Shown: positions 23,510 to 34,930 of the stretch, one piece after another
Position numbering within the stretch: position 1 is the stretch's first letter
Layout: each line of letters opens with the position of its first letter
Assembly: GCF_022045235.1 (NCBI RefSeq)
Contig: NW_027266319.1
Coordinates: forward strand, 67,456,001-67,520,000
Length of the DNA: 64,000 bases
Direction: 5' to 3'
Source: Haliotis cracherodii
Taxonomy: Eukaryota
Position numbers and translations under genes: made by a program
Notes under the pieces: model-generated
What the model was told of the DNA's origin: nothing
Databases searched by the model: none
The model's input: only the letters and a program-made list of their open reading frames with translations

Positions 23510-23620
23510 TCAGCTGTGAGTCAGTATTCTGTCTGAGTTGGGTATTCATGTTAAACTGTGGCATGGCATCTCAGTGGGCGAGCACTATGAAATCGGCATT
23601 AGTCCGGACTAATATAAGCA
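23510..23620 (+). mobile_element. Fragment of family D (Meta-SINE-like)
   Basis: gagtcagtattctgtctgagttgggtattcatgttaaactgtggc...agcactatgaaatcggcattagtccggact matches 59705-59810. Confidence 0.75.
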
Positions 23621-23919
23621 GTTTTCCTAAAGCTAAACTACCCTAAAGGAAAAGGTAACTGTGCTTCACATAAGTTCTATAAAACATTTTTTAAAGACAA
23701 AATAAATAATGCATCTTTTAATACATATTCATGAAGACATCTCCTTGATTTAAAAGTCGTTTGATTTACAATTCACGTGCATGTTGATGCACGCAGCACA
23801 ATTTGGATGTTTGCGTGTTTGTTCGGAGCATGAAACTCCCAAACGCGATTTTTTTAAATGTGAACGACAAAGATTCATTGTTTACTATCAGGTGCTCATA
23901 AAAAAACTTTTGTTTAACC

Positions 23920-24480
23920 GTAAATGCCACGGCTTGCTGAAACGCAACGTCTATGCTGCAAATCACCTTTTGCTGCAAACAGGAGCAGCGCTAAACGAAG
24001 TTGCCAGACACTTTTATGTTCATCGAGCTACAATATTATTTCATGTACAGCAGGGAAACACTCATGGCTTGACGTCACGTCAACAAGACAATCAGATACA
24101 GTTAGTGCATCTAAGGAATCGACACTAAACTGCTATATTGAGACCAATTATTTGCAGAATCGTTCAGGACTGGGCTGAAGACAAGAAATGCAAATGGCCG
24201 TCACACCCCATATTGACATTGTTAATTGAGTTGTTACACCTCCCCTCTTTTAGGGCGTGTCGCTTTGTCTCCGGTTAGCAGTAGGCTAGCAGTGGATTTA
24301 AATTTGGAAAAACTTCCCCCTGGCTGTTTTCAAGGAATCGGTGTCTTCAATGCACCGCCGCCCTGCGCGTATAAACGCAAATGGTCGCCACACCCGACAT
24401 TGACATTGTTAATTGAGTTGTCACACCTCCCCTCTTTTAGGGCGTGTCGCTCTCTCTCCAGGTGTGGGTTTTGTCAGTGA
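23920..24480 (+). mobile_element. Second degenerate Tc1 remnant related to 4990-5795
   Basis: LLQTGAALNEVARHFYVHRATI...TSRQQDNQIQLVHLRNRH; C-terminal NANG.HT motif plus 3' UTR present twice (~24188-24260 and ~24373-24450). Confidence 0.75.
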
Positions 24481-24764
24481 AGAAGAAAGAAAAAAGAAAG
24501 AAACCATGAATTTGTTATGATAAAACATCGATCCGACGAATGACTAAATATTCTGTTGTTATATTCATTTACATTTACACCACTTTATATGAAGCACAGT
24601 AATTTTTTCCATTAGTATACATGAGCACCATCTATATCGATATATTGTTTTATTCTTAATGGCCCTGACGTGGCACTAGTAACAAAGGCAGTAGTGAATC
24701 AATCATCACGAGTGGGTACATTGACATAAGAGGCAATTGATTTCTTCTATAATTGCGGACATGG

Positions 24765-24787
24765 ATTGGCCGAACCATTCCTATAAA
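24765..24787 (+). promoter_or_regulatory. Possible core promoter of the GPCR (inverted CCAAT plus TATAAA)
   Basis: attgg at 24765-24769 and tataaa at 24782-24787, about 230 bp upstream of the ATG; motif match only. Confidence 0.25.
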
Positions 24788-25016
24788 TCCTGAAGCTTCC
24801 GAAGTGGCGTTAGTTAGTTTTCGACTCTTCTTCACGTCTGAACATCTTAAGGCTTATAAAAAGTATACATTCTCTGTGGACTGATTCATCGAATGAGGGA
24901 TTTGATAACACCATTGGATTGTGGTATTGACATTCAATGACGAAAGAGGAGTGAAGTACGGCGTGTACTTTATTGAAGACAGGGCTAAAGCACACTAGTT
25001 TTATCTATTTTTCAAA

Positions 25017-26453
25017 ATGGAGCTGAAATGGCTTTGTGTTATGTTGGTCGTAACCACATTAACGTTAACGGCACAAGAGTCGACATCAACATCGACATTG
25101 CATAAGATCACAGATGTGTCTCACTCCACAGTTGAAGAAGCATCATCGTTAATGACAAAGTTGTCGACCGTGACATCAACATCATCATTGCTTGACACCA
25201 CAGATGAGTCTCACTCCATGGCTGTAGATGGATCATCGTCGATCGTGTTTTCACCATCAACATCAAAAGCGATTGACAGAGCTGAAATGACAACTGCCAC
25301 AATACATAACGTGACAGACATGGACGACAATGGTAACAATACTGCAAACGAGGAAGTAATGAAACCCACATCTCCATTCTCTCCGTTCGCTTTGATCCAT
25401 TCTGGCAGCGTGGCGGAGGCTACCTACAAGTCCCTTTTCCTTTTGACAGAGAACATCACACTTCCCCTCTATTTGATCGCCCTTGCTACCAACATCTGCA
25501 ACGTCATCGTGTTCTGTCAGAAACGGATGAGGAGCCCGACAAGTACCATCCTCCAGGCCATGTGTATTTCCCAGGTCCTCTACCTTAGCTGCACCCTCGG
25601 CACCAAAACCATGAGGTATATATACGGCAAAGAAGTCAACAGTGTACGCTTCTACGTCCTGTACGGCCTCTACGTAAACCTCTACGCGGCTGTGGCTTTG
25701 GGGAGACTAGGGTTTTGTTACAACTTTTTGTTGTCAGCTGAGAGGTTCATTGCTGTGACGTTTCCTCTACAAGCCAAAAGTATGCGTCTTGTGAAAAACC
25801 CAAGTGTCGTCTGCGTTTTAATAATGGTGGCAAGTTTCGTCGGACATATTTTCAGCCCAATGAAATTTTATGTCAAGCCTTATTCCACTTCAGACAACAC
25901 AACAGTCTACAGGTACGTCTCTTCGCCATTGTATGTCAAGTATGAAGTTCATTTCAGGAACTGCAGCTTGGCTAGCCAATTCATATTTGTATATTTCATG
26001 CTTCTCGGATGCCTTGTCCTCAACCTCCTGATTGTGATATCACTCCGACGTCACAGCAAAGCGCGGCAATCTATGAAGACCACTCAGAACACTGGAGATG
26101 CCCAGAAGAAAGAGATGCAGACGACAGTAACCATCATGGCGTCAACCGTTGTCGTCGTTATCCTCGCTCTGCCTTCCAACGCCAACTCCTTCGCAAGCAG
26201 GTTCAACGATGACTACGGCCTATTTACTAGGGAACACTTTCTTTATTCACTCGTAACCATGGTCGGAGGTATTTGTCTGCTCGTCAGTAACTTCACCAAC
26301 TTCTTCTTCTACATTGCCCTCAGTGCAACCTTCCGGCAAACCTTCATCCAAGTGTTCATCCCATGTGCAGCTTCCGGTAAGTCTACAAAGAGTACCGTAA
26401 CAGGAAATAGCAACCTCGGCACCGTTTCGACAGACATCTCACGTCGTAACTGA
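25017..26453 (+). CDS. Intronless class A (rhodopsin-like) GPCR, FMRFamide-receptor-like / Srw-type putative chemoreceptor, 478 aa
   Basis: Only long ORF in the window; good Kozak context aaaATGG; seven hydrophobic segments; TM1 TNICNVIVF, ICL1 RMRSPT, TM3 SAERFIAVTFPL (DRY equivalent), TM6 ILALP, TM7 NFTNFFFY, helix 8 SATFRQTF. Confidence 0.93.
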   Translation: MELKWLCVMLVVTTLTLTAQESTSTSTLHKITDVSHSTVEEASSLMTKLSTVTSTSSLLDTTDESHSMAVDGSSSIVFSPSTSKAIDRAEMTTATIHNVTDMDDNGNNTANEEVMKPTSPFSPFALIHSGSVAEATYKSLFLLTENITLPLYLIALATNICNVIVFCQKRMRSPTSTILQAMCISQVLYLSCTLGTKTMRYIYGKEVNSVRFYVLYGLYVNLYAAVALGRLGFCYNFLLSAERFIAVTFPLQAKSMRLVKNPSVVCVLIMVASFVGHIFSPMKFYVKPYSTSDNTTVYRYVSSPLYVKYEVHFRNCSLASQFIFVYFMLLGCLVLNLLIVISLRRHSKARQSMKTTQNTGDAQKKEMQTTVTIMASTVVVVILALPSNANSFASRFNDDYGLFTREHFLYSLVTMVGGICLLVSNFTNFFFYIALSATFRQTFIQVFIPCAASGKSTKSTVTGNSNLGTVSTDISRRN

Positions 26454-27203
26454 ACTAACTGAACAATTGACGCTCGTTTGCACAATATTTAGCACAGGGG
26501 ATGAAGTAACTGTGACAAATTTCTTTAACAAAATGTGATCACATTTATTCTCAGCATTTGATTCTTAGCTCTCTGTTGATACATGCCATGTTTGAGTCTG
26601 AGTGTTGCAACCATTTTTGGTTTGAAATAGGACAACGTTTGTTTCCAAACTTTAATTTTTTTAATGAGTGTATTGGGTCATTCTACGCTATCCGAAATAT
26701 GTTTTTGACGGAATTCTATATATATCTCCAACTCTGGGAACAATTAAAAGTTAAAAACAAAACCCCCCAAAACCTGTGACACATTTTCTCTTAATTGTCA
26801 TTTTGGATTAACACTGAATAAGATTTATTGTTTTATTGTTTTCATGGTTTGCATAGCAATTAGGCAACGTAACGTAAATCAAGGCGTTGAGGGTTGAGGT
26901 TGATAATTGAGGATGACGTCACATCGTCACGTGGACCGGCACAGCACGCACAGCACAAACACAAATAAGGAAATAGTTTTTTTAATCACCATGACATGTT
27001 TTTGTCTACACTTCGATTTCGTGTATCTTTTGTGATTGGGAAACATAAATGTTCATTTTTGCTTTGACTCGGAATTTGATACAATCTGTAATTCGTCGGT
27101 GGTAGATGGTAATTGTCTAAATATATACAGATTGGTTGTGGCGTAACATGCGCGCGCGCACACACACACTCCGAGATGGGAGGGCATGTTAATGTGTGCA
27201 GGT

Positions 27204-28500
27204 TGTCACCGTAGATTTATTTTACCCATGTCACAGCCAGGTCCCGCTTTGTTCCCCGGCTTTATTTTCGGTACCGCTCGGTAATCTCCGGTGGTCGCTA
27301 TGGTACAGTCAGATCATTTTGGTGTTAGAATTAATGGCCCAACTATTTCTCTCCCTTGTAATCTCATGACACTCTCAAACAATGTAATGGCTAGATGTAT
27401 GTTGTCTCGCATATGTTCGCTACCATATTCCTATATTGAAAATAATCATTTTTGCCTCGTCAATAATTGATCATAGCTTGTTGGGAATCTTTTTTTATAT
27501 CTTATGTTCAGCGCTGTATTTTGATACTTAAATCTCTACTGTAGATATAGTAGTTAGTTTGCTATTCGTGTTTTCCCTTTGTTTAGATAAACACGTTGGC
27601 TTGTCGCCTCAGTCAGTTCCTGATATTTCTACGACGACGTCCGCGTGCGCTGTATATATAGACTTTCTAGATCTTATATCTTCACCCTCCAGACTTCGTT
27701 AAATCGTTCACGATTCTCTCGTTACCGGAGTGGTGACGTTCGAAACTTAGTGAGTTCGGGGCTTTGGCGATCTAGATTCTGACTTAGTCCAGTTGTACTG
27801 AACTAAACGTAGTTACTAGGGTTTGTAATACACTGTTTTGCTAGCAACACGTGGATAACCAACCTTTCTGTGATTAACTAACTATTTTGGAACTTTTTAG
27901 TATTTCCTTGTTCGGTCAAAGTGACAGGAACTTGAGTCGATTAAGACTAGTGTTTATGCAGACGTAATCGTCTAGATTTGTTGTCGAAGGACTAATTTTA
28001 GAGATAAAGTCTCCATGTATATTTCCCCTTTGTTTACTGAGCCGAGGTCATTCACACATTAGAGTGTGGAGTTACTTGACTCGGGTGTTAATTGGTCGGA
28101 GTCGACTTAATTGGCAGTCGACGCACTGGGTCCACCTCTTGTCAAAGTCTTGTTTTAGCTACCTTCCTTTTTATAGATGTAATACACTTGTTTGGCTATA
28201 ACTTGGTTGTATATTTGCGTTGATAGAATTAATTTGTGATCTGTGTGAGCGCAGAGTGGATTTATTTGTAATTGTCAACCATTTGTACAATGAGTAGTTA
28301 TCTAATAAAACTGTGAACCGTTTACTACGTTTTCTTTATCACTTTATTCTTATTATATAAAATAATAATAATAATGATAATAATAATTATAACAACAACA
28401 ACAACAACAATAATAATAAGTTCTACCGGGTACCCACAAACTGCTGGGTGACATCCCTGATCATTGGAGCACAGCTCAGTGAGCCAGGTTCACCCTCACA
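27204..28500 (+). mobile_element. Possible solo LTR
   Basis: tgtcacc (27204) / ggtgaca (28447-28453) inverted ends, TATA-like tatatata at ~27653, aataaa at ~28304; no TSD found. Confidence 0.3.
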
Positions 28501-28582
28501 ATCGTGATCCTCGCTGAGAGATTAGAACACAATAGGTATCGGTGTGCATCTTCGTCACGGTAGGGGATGCGTTTGCTTCAAT

Positions 28583-28812
28583 TTGTTTGTTTGTTTGTTT
28601 GTTGTTTAATGCCGCACTCATCAATGTTCAGGCTGTTAAATAATCGAGTCCAGACAATACAGTGATTGACATCATGAGCATCGATCCACGCAATTGGGAT
28701 ACGATGACATGCATCAACCACGTCAGCGAGCCTGTCCACCCGATCCCGTTAGTCGTCTTTTACGACAAGCATGGGTTGCCGAAGACCAGTTCTAACCCGG
28801 ATCTTCTCGGGT
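28583..28812 (-). mobile_element. Family B retroposon with a single-hairpin 5' module
   Basis: Reverse complement acccgagaagatccgggttagaactggtcttcggcaacccatgcttgtcgtaaaagacgactaacgggatc; (aaac)n tail. Confidence 0.9.
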
Positions 28813-29112
28813 TGTTTTTACCTGTGTCATGTCTTGACGTCTTTATAATCTTAATAATATCGTAACAGGTTACACTGTGTATTGAGATCATACTATTCCA
28901 AGATATACAACGTATATTGTACACTTAAGGTGTGTTAACAGACGAATACGTTGATTTACGAGGCTTAAGTCGTCCTTGACACGAAGCGAGCAGTATCGGT
29001 TTTCTGAAATACCGGCGACAGCGAAGGAATCAATGGAATACGACTTCAAATCAAACATAGATGTATGATAAGCGTTGTGTATTACAGGGAAAGATATGTT
29101 ATAACAGCTACA

Positions 29113-29325
29113 TAAGAGGCGACTAACAGGATCGGGTGGTCAGGCTCGCTGACTTGGTTAATACATGTCATCGTATCCCAATTGCATCGATCGATGCTCA
29201 TGATGTCAATCACAGGATTGTCTGGTCCAGACTCGATTATTTACAGACCGCCGTCATATAGCTGGAATTTTGGAGTGAGGCTTTAAACAATAAACAAACA
29301 AACAAACAAACAAACAAACAAACAT
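29113..29325 (+). mobile_element. Family B retroposon, 5'-truncated
   Basis: taagaggcgactaacaggatcgggtggtcagg...(aaac)n. Confidence 0.9.
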
Positions 29326-30319
29326 TTGGTAAGACCATGTTCATTAGAACCGTGTCCCAGCTTGAAATACACGAAAGAGCATCCCGAGTGACTGCTCTAC
29401 CTTTTCTACTGCGGATCACGGTCGGTAATCACTGATGCAAAATACCCTGACACAATCACCTAAAGAGATTAGGCACTTTTATTAATACCCACATGTATGT
29501 GTTGACTGAAATATGCACCAGCTCACACACAAAACTAATTTGTTCAATTTTATCTTCATCTTCATCTTCCTGTTCTTATCGTTAGCGACGGGATGGTGTG
29601 AGGTAAGTGACAATATCAAGAAGCCAAGCATCTGCTGGAGCTACTCTGAAAAAAAAGAACATGTGCTGCATTTTAAATTGAATTTGTTTTTCAGCTCCAT
29701 GCCCTTGATGTGTGCTATTTTGGATAGGCAACTTAATGGGATTCGTTAAAATCATGTTGCAAAAACAGCAGTGATTAAAGGTGCCGGTTTTCAACCTGTA
29801 TTATAATGCAACTCGCGCTCAACCATCGAGACTGTTGATAGAAGTAGAAAGTGTGGCTTCCTCAGACACCACGTGGTATGATTCCACGTGTGAGTAATTG
29901 CATACACGATTTCATTGATACCAACAAAATACATTACTGACAAAAAAGATGTCGACAAGATTTACATTGTTCTTTGCTCCTGTCATACAGAACAAGATGT
30001 CCAGATATCCATTTGTCCAGATATCCAGATGTCCATTTGTTATCTATTCGTAGATACCTGCGTGTGCCACATGCATGCAACGATGGCTTAATTCACATAT
30101 CTACAGCACAGATTAAATGATGTCTGATGCGGTGATCAAAATACATAACACGTGTTACGAGCAGTGGGAGGTTTCTGCGACTTGCAGGTGTGACTCTGGA
30201 GCTTTCCCTCTCTCATCAAGCTGATATATCTTGTTTTATATAAAGGCTCAAACTCAGACACTAGAAAGAAACACATCCCGCTACATATAAACAAGCCGCT
30301 GGTCAACATTGATATGAAT

Positions 30320-30470
30320 GACTTGCCTTTGCGTGTGTTTGTGACGTGTGTTACCTTTGGGGCAGGATACTGTCACCTTTTCGCGAACACCTGGTATCAT
30401 CAATATTTGATAGTGATTTATAAGCAAATGACCATGATATAGTCGACATCGTAAATATACTATGAATTTA
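30320..30470 (+). mobile_element. Naiad-type PLE terminal fragment
   Basis: gacttgcctttgcgtgtgtttgtgacg...caggatactgtcaccttttcgcgaacacctggtatcatc, as at 33085-33190. Confidence 0.65.
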
Positions 30471-30957
30471 GCTCACAATTTTTTGTGAATATGTATTATT
30501 TTGCAGCTTTTATTGGGCTGGTTCTTTAGAGACGTGAACCGACAAATGAATATCAAAGAGAAATGAAGTGTATATCTTATCGGCGGTGTTTTATTACTGA
30601 AAGCCCTATTCTGCTTTTGTTTGTTTACAAACGCATTTGGTGAAACGTAGTCTTGTTTGTGTTTTAAACGAATGAAGCATTTCTCTGAGTTAAACATCCA
30701 TATCTATATCCACATCACGAGCTGCAGTTAACCTCCATGTAGAAATACCCTTATCTGTTGCGATCGGTCTCGTCGCAGATACACCTTGAACGTTTCACCC
30801 ATAGTAATGTAGTGAGAAATCTTTATCACAGTAAAAATACAACATTTCCCAGACCTCGACTCCGATCAGAGATAAAACGTCTGGAGAGCTGGTTAATTGT
30901 CTCTCCGTGGGGGCAAGCATGCATTAGTTGTACATCTACATCTTGTGTGTGGGTGTA

Positions 30958-31120
30958 AGTGAGTGAGTATGGTTTTACGCCGCCTTTAGCAACATTCAAC
31001 AATATCACGACGGGAGACACGAGAAATGGGCTTCACACATAAAACCCATGTCGGGAATCGAACCTGGATCTTCGGCGTGACGAGCGAACGCTTGAACCAC
31101 TAGGCTACCCGACCGACCCC
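30958..31120 (-). mobile_element. Family A SINE
   Basis: Full reverse-strand copy; imperfect TSD tgtgggt(g/t)taagt. Confidence 0.9.
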
Positions 31121-31324
31121 CTTTTTTGTGGGTTTAAGTATGGGTTATTGGGGCTGACGTTGGGTCAGTACGTCACCTTGTCTCAGTAGAGCCATTCCCC
31201 AAACATTTTTTTATAAAGTACACAACGTTGTAAGATATCTAAACCAAATATTAATATTTCGAAATTTACCAATAGAATAATCAAAGGAACGATTGTTTAT
31301 ACAGTATGTAATCTTTATATTGAG

Positions 31325-32104
31325 TTTTGTTTGTTTGTTTGTTGTTTAACGCCGCACTCAGCAGTATTCCAGTCTGTAAATAATCGAGTCTGGACCAGAC
31401 AATCCAGTGATTGCTATCATGACAATTAATCGCCGTAATTTGTTGGTAGTTTGGTTGGTTGGTTGGTTGGTTTGATGTTTAACGCCGCACTCAGCAGTAT
31501 TCCAGCCATATGACGGCGGTCTGTAAATAATTGAATCTGGACCAGACAATCCAGTGATTGATATCATGAGCATCGATCCACGCAATTGAGATCCATGACA
31601 TGCATCAACCAAGTCAGCGAGCCTGACTACCCGATCCCGTTAGTCGCCTCTTACGACAAGCATAGTCGCCTCTTACAACAAGCATTGTCGCCTCTTACGA
31701 CAAGCACAGTCGCCTCTTACGACAAGCATAGTCGCCTCTTACGACAAGCACAGTCGCCTCTTACGACAAGCATAGTCGCCTCTTACAACAAGCATTGTCG
31801 CCTCTTACGACAAGCACAATCGCCTCTTACGACAAGCATAGTCGCCTCTTACGGCAAGCATAGTCGCCTCTTACGACAAGCATACAAGCATAGTCGCCTC
31901 TTACGACAAGAATAGTCGCCTCCTACGACAAGCATAGTCGCCTCTTACGACAGGCATTGTCGCCTCTTACGGCAAGCATAGTCGCCTCTTACGACAAGAA
32001 TAGTCGCCTCCTACGACAAGCATAGTCGCCTCTTACGACAAGCACAGTCGCCTCTTACGACAAGCACAGTCGCCTCTATGCTTGTAAGAGGCGACTAACG
32101 GGAT
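31325..32104 (-). mobile_element. Compound family B locus: duplicated tail, full body, about 20 copies of the 22-bp unit, short terminal inversion
   Basis: Tails at ~31325-31420 and ~31440-31640; (gcatagtcgcctcttacgacaa)n at 31641-32076; + strand tatgcttgtaagaggcgactaacgggat at 32077-32104. Confidence 0.92.
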
Positions 32105-32799
32105 GGGCTTTACATTAATTCGGTCATATCACGGATGTCATGTCAAATTTGTCGCAGGTTGTGGAGGACATTGTCTTGAAGCTCAGGATCATGTGTGTTG
32201 GATCATAATTAGAGTGTTCTGTGACTTCTTGAATTTGTCGCTCTCCTTATGTGCGCTCATTTTCTTGTAAATAATCATGAATATGAATTAACGTGTTGGT
32301 TTCCTGTGAAATAACGTAGTGTGCACCTGATTCATTGTATTCATTCTTACATAAAACAACTGTGAAACCGTCTGTGAAAGCATCCGTTTACAGAGAGAGG
32401 GCGAGGGGGAAGGCAGACACAGACCTGTGCAGCTACCTGGAAACATTTTGAGGGCAGACACCAATGTGGCAGTCAAGTGCAGAGAACATTGCCCCATGGC
32501 TAGACACACGAATGTCTGCACGTGCACTGCAGTCGGTGCACAAGTGCATGTGGTATGCAATCTACTTGAAATCGTTGAACAAAACAATCAAATTCTGACA
32601 TAATTACATTTAACAATTACGGAATGAACTGTTGCTTATTTAGATCACGCTCTCCATCAAGGAAGAATGGAAGAGGCGACGTGATCACAAATAGGTCCAT
32701 AAGATTGTATAAACCACCAACGTATCATTTACAAATGCTGATGTAATAGAATATCTGTTTCGAAAAGTAATGCTTCATGAATGAATGCTCGCTTCTAAT

Positions 32800-33250
32800 T
32801 ATAATATTCCAATATTCCTGCTCCAGCTTTTGATGTCTACATTTAACAACTTTTGAAGTACAATCGAGCAGGCTCTATCTCTGACAATTTCAAAGAGCGC
32901 CATTAGACTGTGACTCCAAAGTTGTTTGATCTGGTTTTCAACATTCCAGGCCCCAGTAAAGCTTTCAAAACGATTTGTGGTGGAAGCCATTCCACATTTG
33001 ACGCATCACTGACCGAAATTATGTTTGATGCAATTCCCTATTTTTATTTATACCATTTGTTCCCCCTTTTCACGTTAACACATAACTTGCCTTTGCATGT
33101 GTTTGTGATGGGTGCCACAGGTGGGACAGGATACGCTCACCTTATCGCTAACACTTGATATCATCACTATTTCATAGTGATTCATGCTCATGATACAGGC
33201 GGAATCGTACAGGAATTTCTTATGAATATGGAAAGGGTTTTGTCGCTTTA
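32800..33250 (+). mobile_element. Naiad-type Penelope-like element, RT thumb remnant plus terminal region
   Basis: SNIPAPAFDVYI*QLLKYNRAGSISDNFKERH*TVTPKLFD matches SNIP..PAYGVY.SQL.RY.RACS...DF..R...L..KL; followed by the conserved terminal motif. Confidence 0.75.
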
Positions 33251-34266
33251 TTGAAATAAATCACGGTACACATATTTCATAAAATTAACAATATGGAAAA
33301 TCTTGTTTCTGAAAAATCGTTTACGGCATTGCTTTTTCACATTATTTGGTCCATTTACCATTATTTGGTCCAAATACGCTATGTCATTAACTAAAGGACA
33401 TTATATCCCCTTATCGTTCGTCTGTTAAAATGGGCATTTGCTAAATCAATTTTCTTTTAAAAATTACTGCTAAATCCTAAATAATCTATGTTGATAATAA
33501 CGTGCCTTGGCGGACTCCACAATGAGCGGCGCTGAGATGGTATTTCTTTGATGTTTATTGCCTTAATGGTTTTGTTTCTGGTTCTCAGTAGTGATGACTG
33601 ACACATTATTTTATTCAATTATAGCAGATTATAAGTAAAATATTTCTGACATGGCTTTCAGGAGTCATAGCGAGATGGCGAAGAACAGATATTTACCTCT
33701 ACGGCAACAACCGTGGAGTCAATATTGTATTTGATTATATCACGGCGCGTCAACTTCAGAACCCTAAACTGATAGAGCCGTTGATATTGTTTACTCCCAC
33801 GGGGATAGACAAACGAATCTGGGACTCGAACCCACTACTTGGTTGACAGACGCAACTCTGATCAACATATTGTCGTGCCTTTAACCACTTGACCATCCCT
33901 GCCCTGTTAATCGAAATATTTCCTTAACCAGAATCAGAAGTTCAGTTTTTGTTCTTAGCTACGGCCCTAGTGAGTCAGGGTTTGAGGTCAGGGCGTCCCA
34001 TCAGTAGTATATACATGTCGGTAGTGATAAGTGAGGCAAGGGTATCCGGTAACGACCATTTTGGTGAAGACGATATCCCGGAGATGCTAACAAACCAGGG
34101 ATTATAATGTAGTTAATCGTGGATTTGAACCCCAAACAATTAAAGTCATCTTGGCTGGACGCACCTCTGCAGAGCGAGTACCTTGCCTTAAAGCACTGCC
34201 CCGAAACACTATAACCTGCTTCACATTGAATTTAAATGGCAATTGCGCCACATATGGTCCATATAC

Positions 34267-34430
34267 GAGTGAGTGAGTATGGTTTTACGCCGCTTTTAGC
34301 AATATTCAAGCAATATCACGGCGGGGGACACCAGAAATGGGCTTCACACATTGTACCCATGTCGGGAATCGAATGAGGGTCTTCGGCGTGACGAGCCAAC
34401 GCTTTAACCACTAGGCTACCCGACCGCCCC
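34267..34430 (-). mobile_element. Family A SINE
   Basis: Full copy; imperfect TSD ggtc(c/a)atata. Confidence 0.92.
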
Positions 34431-34524
34431 GGTCAATATAAGAGACCAATGAACATGGATCTCATAGATTCTGAATATGTTTCAAGGTCTCAGTCAGTAC
34501 CATTGTAAACATTGGTACACATCT

Positions 34525-34930
34525 ATGACCTGTATCACTTCGGGCTTTCCTCCAACATCAAGTTGACACGCCGTGATATAACTGGAATACTGTTCCAAGC
34601 GACGTTCAACTTCACTCACTCACTCACAGAACACTGCACAAGGGAAGATAGTGCAATCATTTCTTATGTGCAGGTTGGTTGTTTAACGCCGCACTCAGCA
34701 ATATTTCAGCCATATGACGGTGGTCTGTAAATAATCGAGTCTGCACCAGACAAGCCAGTTATTGACATCATGAGCATTGATCAACGAAATTGGGTTCGAT
34801 GACATGCTTTAACGAAGTCAGCGAGCCTGACAACTTGATCCCGTTAGTCGCCTCTTACAACAAGCATAGTCACCTTTTACAGCAAGCATGGGTTGCTGAA
34901 GACCTATTCTATCCCGGATCTTCACGAGTC
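34525..34930. mobile_element. Family C 3' fragment (+, ~34525-34627) facing a full family B copy (-, ~34672-34930)
   Basis: gacctgtatcacttcgggctttcctcc...cactcac, then reverse-strand family B. Confidence 0.85.
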
